NCBI RefSeq assembly: GCF_001194135.2
Contig: NC_068987.1
Location: forward strand, 96,964,166-97,028,165
Length of the DNA: 64,000 nt
Origin: Octopus bimaculoides
Lineage: Eukaryota
Direction: 5' to 3'
Shown here: positions 13,055 to 24,400 of the stretch, piece after piece
Layout of the letters: each line of letters begins with the position of its first letter
How positions within the stretch are numbered: position 1 is the first letter of the stretch
Notes under the pieces: generated by a model
What the model saw: only the letters and a program-made list of their open reading frames with translations
What the model was told of the DNA's origin: nothing
Databases searched by the model: none
Translations under genes and position numbers: made by a program

Positions 13055-13696
13055 TTTGTTTCAGTCATTGGACTGCGGCCTTTCTGGGGCGTCGCTTGGA
13101 GGGATTTTAGTCAAACGAGTCGACTCCAGGATTTATTTTTTTTGTAGGCCTGGTACTTGTTCTATCAACATCTTTCGCCGAACCTCTAAGTTACGATATC
13201 TGAACAAACCAGCAGCCAAACCTAAACAAACCAAACGGTGATGAAGGAGGAACACACACACACACCTTTTGCTTGCATTAGTCATTAGATTGCGGCCATG
13301 CTGGGGCACCGTCTTGAAGAATTTTTAGTCGAATGAATCAGGACTTATTCTTTTAAAAAACTGCTCCTTATTCTATCAGTCTCTTTTACCAAACTGTTAG
13401 TTTACAGTGACGCAAACACACCAACACCGGTTGTCCAGCGGTGGTGGGGGACAAACACAAGCACAAAGACACACACACACCCACACCCATACACAAACAC
13501 ACGCGCACACACACACACATACACACACACACCCATACACACACAGGGTTTCTTTCAGTTTCCATCTATCAAATCTATTCACAAGGCTTTGACCGACCCA
13601 GGGCTATAGTAGAAGATAATTGCGAAGGTGTCGCTGAGTGGGAATGAACCCAGAACCATGTAGTTAGGAAGCAAACTTCTTATCACAGAGCCACGC
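13055..13696 (-). mobile_element. SINE family B: partial right arm (13055-13215) plus a full copy (13266-13696)
   Basis: Reverse-complement matches to both arms; internal (CA)n at about 13455-13545. Confidence 0.8.
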
Positions 13697-14368
13697 TTGC
13701 ACTTACTGATTTTGCTTGAGGATTACATTAAGCACACAAATGACTGTGGAATACACTGCTACTTTATAAATCAATGCATAGGTACTTTCGTTGATTCAAC
13801 AACTGGAATGCTCACCGTCGAAACCGACCGAGATTCATTTACTCCTCAAGGCGGTGCCCCGGCATAGCTGCAGTCCAATGATGGAAACAAATAAAAGATA
13901 TAAAAGCGAAACTATAGCTGACACAACACGAAACCTTTTTATTTTCCTATCAATTTCGAAATCAGACACGAAAAGTGAGCTTAAAGAAACCAAAAAAGAG
14001 GAAAATGAGAAGTTCGTTTAAAAATTGGACACCGAAGTTTTCTCCTTAGTCGAATGTAAGGCTTGGTTTATTTGTTGTTCGATGTTTGTTACCTAATCAT
14101 CTGTGGAGGAGCGGGTGAGTATTACAACCCTGTTTAGTCAGACAAACTTCGGCAGATAAATAAATAGGTCTCTGGGACAGAACGCAATAGAAATAGAAAT
14201 ATTCGAATTTACAACCAACTGGTGAGTAATTCAACAACTTAACTTCAAGGTCATATTCTATTTTGCAATATGTAGACAAAAATCAAAACTAGTATGGACA
14301 GCTAAATACATTTCTCGATTACTAAGAAGTGTCTTGTAGTTATGACGTAATCTGAAAGGATTGGCCAA

Positions 14369-14420
14369 AGCAATCGTTTCACAGACAGCAATCGTTTCAC
14401 AGACAGCAATCGTTTCACAG
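14369..14420. repeat. 18-bp tandem repeat, three units
   Basis: AGCAATCGTTTCACAGAC repeated at 14369, 14387 and 14405 (last unit partial). Confidence 0.95.
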
Positions 14421-14688
14421 GTACTGTGATAAATGTACATTTTAGATGATATTCAGGTGGGAGCGTTTAAAGAATACATATGTGTAGGTGTATATATAAA
14501 CAAACAAACAAACGCACACACACACACACACGTATACACACACACACACGTATACACACACACACGCACCACAATGTATACATTTGCATTCACATAGATA
14601 TTTAGATATATATACAGTTATACATAGAATATATATATACATGCTTATAAAAACAACAGATACATATATATACATATATATGTACATA

Positions 14689-14726
<38 letters not shown>

Positions 14727-15109
14727 CACGTAAGCACTCATATAGGCTGGTAGATCACTCACCCATTCAAAATCACGCACGTAGTCTCCCTCTCATTTGC
14801 GCATAATCAATTACAACTTTTGCTCTTCTATTATTTTTCTTATTTTAGTTTCTAAAAAAATGACAACCATTTTTAGCTCGACTCTCTCATTCTGATACTA
14901 TCTATAGTGTCATATATATATATCAGAGTTAGATAAGTACAGTTTATGGGATTACTTTAGGTTTCGCGTCCATAAAGGGCTTAGCTTTATGGCGTATCGT
15001 CAAATCCCAAAACCTGTTGGCTAAAAGCCTCTCTTGCGAGTGGCCTCTCTAGAGTATGGAGGAGGAAGGGATCCCGTTACTCAACGTCAGCAAAGGCGAT
15101 TGTCTCCCC

Positions 15110-15239
15110 TTGTCCAAATCCTCAAAGAGCTACCTGGATGCTTCATGGTAGGACTGCCTCTTTGGCGTTGCTCCGGACAGAAACTCACCTTCAAGTGGGA
15201 AAAAGAGTGAATGATAATTCATAAGAGGTGGCATTGCTC
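15110..15239 (-). mobile_element. Inverted duplicate of a Tc1 transposase segment
   Basis: Reverse complement aligns to 16151-16280 (roughly 80-85% by eye). Confidence 0.8.
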
Positions 15240-15463
15240 CGTTGTTATCCCGTGTAGCTTGCAGGAATTTCTGAAATGTAAGCAGGGTCACACGACCTCC
15301 GTTCTGGAGTTCCATGGGTCGAGGGAATCCTTTAGGATTTTTTCTTTCAAAACTGTTCTAGTCTGTATGTATACATTCATATGCATTATGTACGCCTTGC
15401 CCTTCATGATATAGCCCCGACTTTTTTTTCGTTTTGTAGATATTCATACTGAAAAAAGTTAAA

Positions 15464-16760
15464 ATGCATCATCTAGTTGATTTCCTAAAAAGGAAAATCG
15501 TTAGAGCGTGGATGACTGGAGCTTCTACTAAAATTGTTGAATTATTTAATGCATCGGGAGGCGTAGTCTCTAAAGTCGTGTTGATATTCTGAAACCAGTG
15601 TGAATCCAGCTCTAGACGGAAGCCAAAACTCACGGAGAGAGACCGCAAAATAGTGAAACGTAACAAAAGTATCACCTCTGCGCCTACAAAAACGTCTCGA
15701 ACTTCATGAAACTGGATACTATGAGAGGGCTGCAATTGCTAAACTTCTGTTGCCCATAAATGTTTATTAGCACAAGCGTGGCTGTGTGGTAAGAAGCTTG
15801 CTTCCCAACCAAATCGTTCCGGGTTCAGTCCTACTGCGTGGCACATTGATGTCTTCTACTGTAACCACGTGTATTGTATGTGTGTGTGTGTGTGTGTGCG
15901 TGTGTCTTTGTGTCAGTGTTTGACTCCCCTTTACTGCTTGACATTCGGAGTTGGTTCGCTTACGTCCCTGTAACTTAGCAGTTCGGCAAAAGAAAGCGAC
16001 AGAAGAAGTACTAGTTTTAAAAAAAGTGTTCGATTTGTTCGACTAAAACCTTCAAGGCGGTGCTCCAGCTTGGCCGCGGTCAAATTATTGAAACAAATAA
16101 AAGAATAAAAGATTGTGTATAGTTTATCAGAAGTGTTCAATAGTTCAATGGGGCAATGCCATTTCTTATGAATCATCATTCACTCTTTTTCCCACTTCAA
16201 CGTGAGTTTATGTCCGGAGCTAGGCCAACGGAGTAATCCTACTATGAAGCGTGGAGGTAGCTCTTTGAGGATTTAGACAACCATATCACGGAATTCTCTT
16301 GGCCATCTAGAGTTGTTCTACAACTTAGAGCTAACGCCAAGGATTATCTAAGTATTTTGGCTGCACATGCCCATCCTATAGCACAAACATTGTATCTTGG
16401 ATTGCAATCTTCCAGGACGAATAGTGTGCCGATTCACACAGCTATTGTTATTTAAAATTGACGGAGAGCACGAAAATGAAGTAGACCACTTGAATTAGCT
16501 CCAATAAACACCAGACCTCAATTTAACCAAATATATATGGAGTCATTAATGAAGAGCCTCTTTCCTCCGCTATCGTCACTGATAGAGTTAAAGTAGACTT
16601 TACTTGAAGATGACTCAAAATTTTCTCAACAACCAGGCAGAATCTGTTGAGTTAATTGCTTAACGTATTAAAGCTGTAATTGAGGCCGACGTTGGACCAA
16701 CTCCGTATTAAATAATGGAGTTTCCATCAATAAGGTGTTTCCATTATTTTGTCCAGCCTA
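15464..16760 (+). mobile_element. Decayed Tc1-like (DD34E-type) DNA transposon, interrupted by a SINE
   Basis: N-terminus MHHLVDFLKRKIVRAWMTGAS...RKPKLTERDRKI, then RAAIAKLL; SYESSFTLFPTS at about 16165; DYLSILAAHAHP; PDLN-like segment; RIKAVIEADVGPTPY*. Right TIR-like GGTGTTTCCATTATTTTGTCCAGCC at about 16734-16760. Many stops and frameshifts; no left TIR seen. Confidence 0.85.
15777..16112 (+). mobile_element. SINE family B inserted in the Tc1 remnant
   Basis: Head gcgtggctgtgtggtaagaagcttgc, internal (TG)n, right arm and AAAGAATAAAAGA tail. The transposase reading resumes after it. Confidence 0.85.
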
Positions 16761-17014
16761 TCCATCCATCCATCCATCCATCCATCCATCCATCCATCCA
16801 TTTTCTTACTCTATCCTTGGATTGCCCTACCTTGAAATTCTTTCGGAGTAAGTCGTTTTTGCACCTTTGATTATATATATATANNNNNNNNNNNNNNNNN
16901 NNNNNNNNNNNNNNNNNNNNNNNNNNNNNNNNNNNNNNNNNNNNNNNNNNNNNNNNNNNNNNNNNNNNNNNNNNNNNNNNNNNNNNNNNNNNNNNNNNNN
17001 NNNNNNNNNNNNNN

Positions 17015-17200
17015 ATATATATTCTTTTACTTGTTCCAGACATTGCTTGCTGTCATGCTGGGCACAGCCTTGAGTATTTTAGTCGAACAAATCGCCGGCT
17101 CTGTGTTTTTTACGGCTTGGTACTTATTATGTCAGTCTCTTTTTGCCGAATCGCTAAGTTACGGGGACGTAAACAAATGGTGGTGGTGGTGGAGACAAAC
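17015..17200 (-). mobile_element. SINE family B right arm
   Basis: ttttacttgtt...gctaagttacggggacgtaaaca on the + strand. Confidence 0.75.
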
Positions 17201-17371
17201 ACAAACGCACACACAGACATAAACGCACACTCACACATCCCACGCGAGTGCACACACTCTTAGGATGCTTTATAGTAATACTTAATCGATCTCAGTACTT
17301 TCTCACGTTTTCCATTGCATTCACTTTGGAAGGATGTAGAGCGAAACTGACCATGCTGGGATTTGAACTGA

Positions 17372-17746
17372 GGCATGAGTGTGTTGTTAAGAAGCTCGTT
17401 TCGCAACTGCGTGGTTTCAGGTTCAGTCCCACTGCACAGCATTGTGAGTGTCATCTACTATATCTCTTGGATGACCAATGTCTTGTGAGTTTGGTAGTGG
17501 GAAACTGTGTGGAAGCCCGTCATGCGCGTCTTTGTGTTTGTCTCTCCACTGCACTCGACAACTGATGTTGGTTTGTTTACGTCCCCGTTACTTAGCGGCT
17601 CAGTAAAAGATACGTATAGAATAGGTACCATAGTTTAAAAATTAAGTACAAGGATGGATGGTAGATTTGTTCGACTAAAGCCTTTAAGGCGGTGCCCCAG
17701 GGTAGCTGCAGACCAATGGCTGAAACAAGTAAAATAATAAAAGAAT
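17372..17746 (+). mobile_element. Older SINE family B copy with almost no internal microsatellite
   Basis: Both arms are present, joined by only about 10-15 nt at about 17521-17535. Confidence 0.75.
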
Positions 17747-18006
17747 GAAATATAAATATGTGGTGCATTTTGTTCGACGCTCTGACAATATTGCTAATCC
17801 ACATGTTGTTCAATTTCAAGTCGTCCAGATCGAGTAAACCTATAATCAAATGTAGTCTATCCATGGCCATCATGGCTTTTTTTTCCCCCTTCGGGTATAA
17901 TATATTTAGGATTAAGTAAACCTATTTATCATTTTTCCAGAACTTTAGACTTTGGTTAGAGGGAGATTTCTTTGCTATTCCTAGCAGACTAAGAAACCTT
18001 GTATAG

Positions 18007-18162
18007 CAGGCTTGGGCAACCTATTTTGAGGAGCGGGCCGCATGAGGCATGGCTCATTCTGAAGTAGCCTTGATGATGAATGTCACTAAAAATAGTTTAA
18101 GCTAACTTTTCATTAGGAGGGCCGTTCAAAAAGCCCTGTGGTCTAGAGGGTGCCCATGATGT
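18007..18162 (+). mobile_element. hAT-type MITE
   Basis: Starts CAGGCTTGGGCAACC with subterminal GCGGGCCGCA and ends GGGTGCCCATGATGT (degenerate TIR). 8-bp flanks TTGTATAG 17999-18006 and GTGTATAG 18163-18170. Confidence 0.6.
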
Positions 18163-18500
18163 GTGTATAGGGCTGCCTCGTTATATCCTTGTAGCGCCGG
18201 TTGATGTTTTATCCTCTCTCTCTTGCTTTTTTTGTTCCTGATTAGAAGAATGCTATATGTCAAAGTGCTGCACTGGTTTTATTCTATTAGCTGACCTTTC
18301 CGTGTCACTTGGCTACATAGCTAAGCAGTATTAATTTTCTTAAACTACATTCATGCCATATATATGTCACGCAGCTGTTTAGATGCTTGTAATACAGTAA
18401 ATGTTCGTGGGATTATTATTTTCATTATTGTTGTTGTTGATTTGGTTCAGGTTCGTTCTTATGCCTGGTAGTTATTATTATTATTATTATTATTATTATT

Positions 18501-18783
18501 GTTCAGTAGTTTTATTTTTATAACGTGCTTTCACTTCACTACCGAGCGCAGCTCTGTGCGCCTTGTGTATGTGCTGTGGTTTGCTGTGGTGCTCTTATGT
18601 TTACTGTATTGAAAGTGTTTTGCGTAGAATGTGTGCAGTACCCAGTAGTGCAATTTTCTGTATGTTATATATATTTGTAAGTCCTGGTGTTTTTGTTATG
18701 TATTTGTCTGAATATTTCGTTATTTCCAGGCTTTATATTTGTTTTGCCTTCCTTTTCATTCATATGTTTGTCTGTGGTGTTCT
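18501..18783 (-). mobile_element. R4/Dong-like non-LTR retrotransposon 3' fragment within (TAA)n
   Basis: Minus strand encodes KYSDKYITKTPGLTNIYNIQKIALLGTAHILRKTLSIQ* (RLE-clade C-terminus), then a 3' UTR ending AAAACTACTGAAC(AAT)n. TAA repeats on both sides. Confidence 0.85.
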
Positions 18784-18784
18784 G

Positions 18785-18832
<48 letters not shown>

Positions 18833-19324
18833 GAGTGAGNNNNNNNNNNNNNNNNNNNNNNNNNNNNNNNNNNNNNNNNNNNNNNNNNNNNNNNNNNNNN
18901 NNNNNNNNNNNNNNNNNNNNNNNNNNNNNNNNNNNNNNNNNNNNNNNNNNNNNNNNNNNNNNNNNNNNNNNNNNNNNNNNNNNNNNNNNNNNNNNNNNNN
19001 NNNNNNNNNNNNNNNNNNNNNNNNNNNNNNNNNNNNNNNNNNNNNNNNNNNNNNNNNNNNNNNNNNNNNNNNNNNNNNNNNNNNNNNNNNNNNNNNNNNN
19101 NNNNNNNNNNNNNNNNNNNNNNNNNNNNGATCAGAGATGCACATATCGTCAGCCACCAAGGGACATGCTCAAATGGTTAAGGTCAAACAACTAACAACCA
19201 AATCTGTGGTATTGAGCAGAATATTTGCTGTAGCCCATCTTTTATACCAAGACAAAACAATGTACATGATAACACTTCCAATCAATTAAGACCAGAAGCC
19301 ATGAGAGCCACTGCCTGGTACTGC
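18833..19324. mobile_element. Unclassified (TAA)n-embedded element E, copy 1 (gapped)
   Basis: Starts GAGTGAG after (ATT)n; gap 18840-19128; ends GGTACTGC before (ATT)n. Confidence 0.85.
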
Positions 19325-19395
<71 letters not shown>

Positions 19396-19396
19396 C

Positions 19397-19885
19397 GAGT
19401 GAGAGAGCAGCGCGTGCCATCAAAGTGACACTGGGGTAAAATATATGAAGCCCAGTATACCCATCATGACTACCCGTGTGATAAGGGTACGTCAGGCATG
19501 TGCATCACAACCATATGTGCGCGACATGGTGATCTCATATCAATTTTCTTCAGGTCGAGTAGCCTATCCTGTTCAAAAGGTCTCTGAATAAGGGTTGTTT
19601 AAGGATGTTGAACGAAACACCCATGCTTCCAGAGTTGAATTATTCAAACCCCTAAAAATTCCTCTCAACACATAGCTATGATGTTTCCCCACTACTTCTG
19701 CTCATGATAAGAGATGCACATATCGTCAGCCACGAAGGGACATGCTCGACCGGTTAAGGTAAAACAACTTATAAGCAAATCTGTGGGACCGAGCAGAATA
19801 TTTGTTGTAGTCCATCTTTTATGCCAAAACAAAACATGTCCATGATAACACTGCCAATCAGTTAGGATCAAAAACCATGAGAGCC
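19397..19885. mobile_element. Element E copy 2, joined to a SINE C 3' half
   Basis: Starts GAGTGAGAGAGC after (ATT)n; about 42-nt internal deletion at 19543; truncated at GAGAGCC where the SINE C body begins. Confidence 0.85.
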
Positions 19886-20005
19886 TACGTCGACTTTGCC
19901 TTTCATCCTTTCGGAGTCGATAAATTAAAAACCAGTGAAATACTGGGGTCGATGTAATCGACTAGTCTCCTCCCAACAAATTTGAGGCCTTGTGCCTCCA
20001 GTAGA

Positions 20006-20010
<5 letters not shown>
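19886..20010 (+). mobile_element. SINE family C 3' half with (TTA)n tail
   Basis: gtcgactttgcctttcatcctttcggagtcgataaatta...gtagaaag followed by (TAT)n. Confidence 0.85.
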
Positions 20011-20083
<73 letters not shown>

Positions 20084-20404
20084 CAATTTTTAAAGTGTCA
20101 GCGGAAACAAATAGGGGAAGTTAAGTGTCGATCTTCCAATCATGACGTATAATTGCAACCACATTCCATACAGAAACATACAGACAAATACGCGCATGCA
20201 TACACACAAACGCATATAAATACTGTTAGACACAAACATTCACATATTAGCTTTGGATGATAATGGTTATGTTCTGGAATTTCTTTACTCCAAGCGTTGT
20301 CCGTATGTAACCGCACAATTAGCGTTATTTATCGCTACTGCTGCCTGATATGCTAATGATTCTGCCAGCTCACCGCCTCAACAACAACATTAATATTGAT
20401 TTCA

Positions 20405-20610
20405 AATTTTGGCACAAGACCAGCAATTTTGGAGAAGGGGGTAAATCAATTACATCGACCCCAGTACTCAACTAGTATTTATTTCATCGATCCCGAGAGG
20501 ATAAAGGGCAAAGTCGACCTCGGCGGAATTTGAGCTCAGAACACAAAGACAAACGAAATGCCGCAAAGCATTTGGCCCAGCGTGCTAACAACTCAATCAG
20601 CTCACCGCCT
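20405..20610 (-). mobile_element. SINE family C
   Basis: Reverse complement of the ggcgagctggcagaa...gagttcaaattccgccgaggtcgactttgcc consensus. Confidence 0.85.
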
Positions 20611-20881
20611 TCAACAACAGCACTAATATTCAATAGTACTAATATTAACACGGCGACCACAAGAATAGTACTGAAACAAATACTATTCATCACAGCTCTA
20701 ACACACTATTGTTACTGCAATGACATTTAGACGAACATTACCGTCACAGCAAGAACCACACGATCCGTTACAAATATAACAGTAACCACTTAGTGGTTAC
20801 ACAAAAAGCCACTTAACCTTAGGTTTCCGCTTAAACTGAGATTCATTTCCAGCAAATACATGCATGCACACTTATAAATAG

Positions 20882-20915
<34 letters not shown>

Positions 20916-20996
20916 TATATATAATACAGTCGGCATGATTGACCGCTAACTCTAAAAGCTTTTTTTAAATTCTGTCTCTGTTTATTTCCTGGTGTT

Positions 20997-21034
20997 CCTT
21001 TCTGTTGAAGAGCGTTGGCTCGAAACGTAAACGA
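20997..21034 (+). ncRNA. Minimal hammerhead-like motif, CUGUUGA core
   Basis: CCTTT-CTGTTGA-A-GAGC-GTTG-GCTC-GAAAC-GTA-AACGA. Confidence 0.55.
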
Positions 21035-21409
21035 CTTCCTCACTTTCCCGAGCGTCAAATTAATGCACCTGCTTGTTGTTTATACNNNNNNNNNNNNNNN
21101 NNNNNNNNNNNNNNNNNNNNNNNNNNNNNNNNNNNNNNNNNNNNNNNNNNNNNNNNNNNNNNNNNNNNNNNNNNNNNNNNNNNNNNNNNNNNNNNNNNNN
21201 NNNNNNNNNNNNNNNNNNNNNNNNNNNNNNNNNNNNNNNNNNNNNNNNNNNNNNNNNNNNNNNNNNNNNNNNNNNNNNNNNNNNNNNNNNNNNTATATAT
21301 ATATATATATTTATATGGGAGAATTTACGATAAAAAAAGACAACAGACGGAGACAGGTGATGCAAACAACAAATGGATGTATGAGTATAACGCTCGGGAA
21401 TAGAGAGAG

Positions 21410-21447
21410 TCTTTGACGTTTCGAGCCTACGCTCTTCAACTGAAAGG
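21410..21447 (-). ncRNA. Minimal hammerhead-like motif, same family, inverted
   Basis: Minus strand CCTTT-CAGTTGA-A-GAGC-GTAG-GCTC-GAAAC-GTC-AAAGA. Confidence 0.55.
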
Positions 21448-21760
21448 AAAACAGAAAGAAATAAGGAGAGAAAAAAATATAAATGTAGTGGTCAGCGATC
21501 TATCATGGCGAATGCCGGACAGAATGATCACACAGGAGAGCTAAGAAAAAGGGGAGATAACAAAGATGTGGTGAATCCAAGACGAGTGTGTGTGAGAGAA
21601 TGCTGGTGATCTTAACGTATGTATGTGTGTATGTAGGTGTGAGGGTGTGAAAATGTGGGGAAGGGAATTGTACACACTTACACACATACGCGCGCACGCA
21701 CACACACACACACACTTAATGAGAGAAAAGAACATAGGCTTGAATTCGGTATACATTTAT

Positions 21761-21870
21761 TTCATCTGTTACATACGTTTCAGTGCTCGGTAATACAAAT
21801 TGTCATACAGGAGATGCAGTCATAAATGCAACACGTATAATCATTCCGAGCGCTTCTTCAGACAGACAAA
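21761..21870 (-). ncRNA. Type I hammerhead ribozyme with canonical core and extended stem II
   Basis: Minus strand: stem I TCTGT/ACAGA (extendable with G.U pairs), CTGAAGA core (21861-21855), stem II AGCGCTCGG/CCGAGCACT around a 55-nt loop, GAA, stem III AC/GT with GTAT loop, GUA triplet. Predicted cut between 21770 and 21769. AATAAA follows just downstream. Confidence 0.8.
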
Positions 21871-22589
21871 TGAGAAATACAAGTCAGAAACATACAACAA
21901 GAGTATTTAGATACCCGATAGGTAGAAGGCCAGTGGGGAGAGGGGAAGAGGAGGGGAGGTTGAGTGTGATCACGGCCCTCACAAACCACAAACGTCGACT
22001 GGTACTAATGAAAATCGAGGTCAACAGCCGGTCTAAATGTGGGGACATGAATCACACTTATGTGACGTAATGAGAGGAAAAGACAGGCGAGCGAGTAGAA
22101 AATACGAGTAGGTGGCCGGCAAGATATTTTAGGGATCACAAACAAAAGACTGCACACACACACACGCACACACGTGCACACACGCACACACGTGCACACA
22201 CGCACACACGTGCACACACGCACACACACGCACGTAATGAGTCCAACAAAATATATTTGTTTCTTCCTGAGGTACGTCAAGGACTAAATTATGAAATGAA
22301 GGACGGATTCTCAAACAGAAATTTAAACAAAACAGATACACAAAAAACAAACAAACTAAGCAGCATTACCGGTAGATACAAAGCAGTGAGTTTGAAATGG
22401 GGGGAGCTTATGGGATAGTAGGGGGTAGATGTTTTGGTTTTGATGATAATGTTGGTGAAGATGACAATGGTGATAATGGAATCATTATGGTGGTGACGCT
22501 ACTATCTGCACAACCACCATCTTCACCTGTATGTTCATCGTCAGCACCGTCTTCACACACACCGCCACTATCGCACCTATATACACCCT

Positions 22590-22884
22590 TTTCATAACCC
22601 TCATCACCTGCTGCATCATCATGATCGTCGACGTTATCGTCATCATCGTTACCACCACCACCGCAACCATCACCACCGCCAATGTCATCATCACCGTCGT
22701 CGCCATCATCATCATCATCTTCACCATCACCATCATCATCATCATCATCATCACCACCATCACCATCATCATCATCATCATCATCATCATCACCACCATC
22801 ACCATCATCACCACCATCACCATCATCATCATCATCATCATCATCATCACCACCATCACCATCATCATCATCATCATCACCACC

Positions 22885-22918
<34 letters not shown>

Positions 22919-22975
22919 TCATCATCATTATCATCGCCACCACCACCACCACCACCATCATCATAATCATCATCG
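22590..22975. repeat. Compound (CAT)n/(CAC)n trinucleotide tract
   Basis: Alternating CAT and CAC blocks with decayed flanks from about 22420 to 23360. Confidence 0.95.
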
Positions 22976-23505
22976 ATCCATCTACTTTAGCACACTCCCC
23001 ATTCATCGCCATCACTCCGTCACTCCACTCTACCCTGCCATTACCACCACAACCATCATCACCACTATATCAACCCGCGTCGTCACCACGCCCTCTTTTA
23101 CTTGTTCCAGCATCCACCATCACCGACGCCACCTGAACACCATCATCACCACTGTTATCTTCAATGTTATCTTCAATGTTATCTACATATACATCGCCAT
23201 CACCAGCAACACGCAAGACTCGCAACCACCACCATCTCCAGCAACATCGCAGTCCTGTTTTATCACTGATGTCATCTTCACCAACCTCTACATCAACATC
23301 ACAACCACGGCTCCACATATAAACCCCATCCGTCCCCAAATCCCCTTCCTCCACTTTCATCTGCCGCTATGGTTATCTTTCTGCTCTTGTGTATATCTGT
23401 CCTTTTGTCTAGATTTCTTTATATGAGCGTCCTTCTTTCATTTGATAAATTAGCTCCTGATGTTCCCCCTGTGGTATCATACATATATGCACACGTATGA
23501 ATGTA

Positions 23506-24400
23506 NNNNNNNNNNNNNNNNNNNNNNNNNNNNNNNNNNNNNNNNNNNNNNNNNNNNNNNNNNNNNNNNNNNNNNNNNNNNNNNNNNNNNNNNNNNNNNN
23601 NNNNNNNNNNNNNNNNNNNNNNNNNNNNNNNNNNNNNNNNNNNNNNNNNNNNNNNNNNNNNNNNNNNNNNNNNNNNNNNNNNNNNNNNNNNNNNNNNNNN
23701 NNNNNNNNNNNNNNNNNNNNNNNNNNNNNNNNNNNNNNNNNNNNNNNNNNNNNNNNNNNNNNNNNNNNNNNNNNNNNNNNNNNNNNNNNNNNNNNNNNNN
23801 NNNNNNNNNNNNNNNNNNNNNNNNNNNNNNNNNNNNNNNNNNNNNNNNNNNNNNNNNNNNNNNNNNNNNNNNNNNNNNNNNNNNNNNNNNNNNNNNNNNN
23901 NNNNNNNNNNNNNNNNNNNNNNNNNNNNNNNNNNNNNNNNNNNNNNNNNNNNNNNNNNNNNNNNNNNNNNNNNNNNNNNNNNNNNNNNNNNNNNNNNNNN
24001 NNNNNNNNNNNNNNNNNNNNNNNNNNNNNNNNNNNNNNNNNNNNNNNNNNNNNNNNNNNNNNNNNNNNNNNNNNNNNNNNNNNNNNNNNNNNNNNNNNNN
24101 NNNNNNNNNNNNNNNNNNNNNNNNNNNNNNNNNNNNNNNNNNNNNNNNNNNNNNNNNNNNNNNNNNNNNNNNNNNNNNNNNNNNNNNNNNNNNNNNNNNN
24201 NNNNNNNNNNNNNNNNNNNNNNNNNNNNNNNNNNNNNNNNNNNNNNNNNNNNNNNNNNNNNNNNNNNNNNNNNNNNNNNNNNNNNNNNNNNNNNNNNNNN
24301 NNNNNNNNNNNNNNNNNNNNNNNNNNNNNNNNNNNNNNNNNNNNNNNNNNNNNNNNNNNNNNNNNNNNNNNNNNNNNNNNNNNNNNNNNNNNNNNNNNNT
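23506..24400. other. Assembly gap (largest of 16)
   Basis: N run. Other gaps start at about 3398, 10166, 16884, 18840, 21086, 25487, 32902, 46550, 48716, 53139, 53839, 55559, 56495, 57404 and 61098. Confidence 0.99.

Noticed and set aside
22485-23360. Long Met/Val-, Ile/Thr- and Ser/Pro-rich ORFs suggesting a mucin-like or His-rich protein
   Set aside because: Open in several frames on both strands because of (CAT)/(CAC) repeats; no unique flanking coding signal or convincing splice sites.
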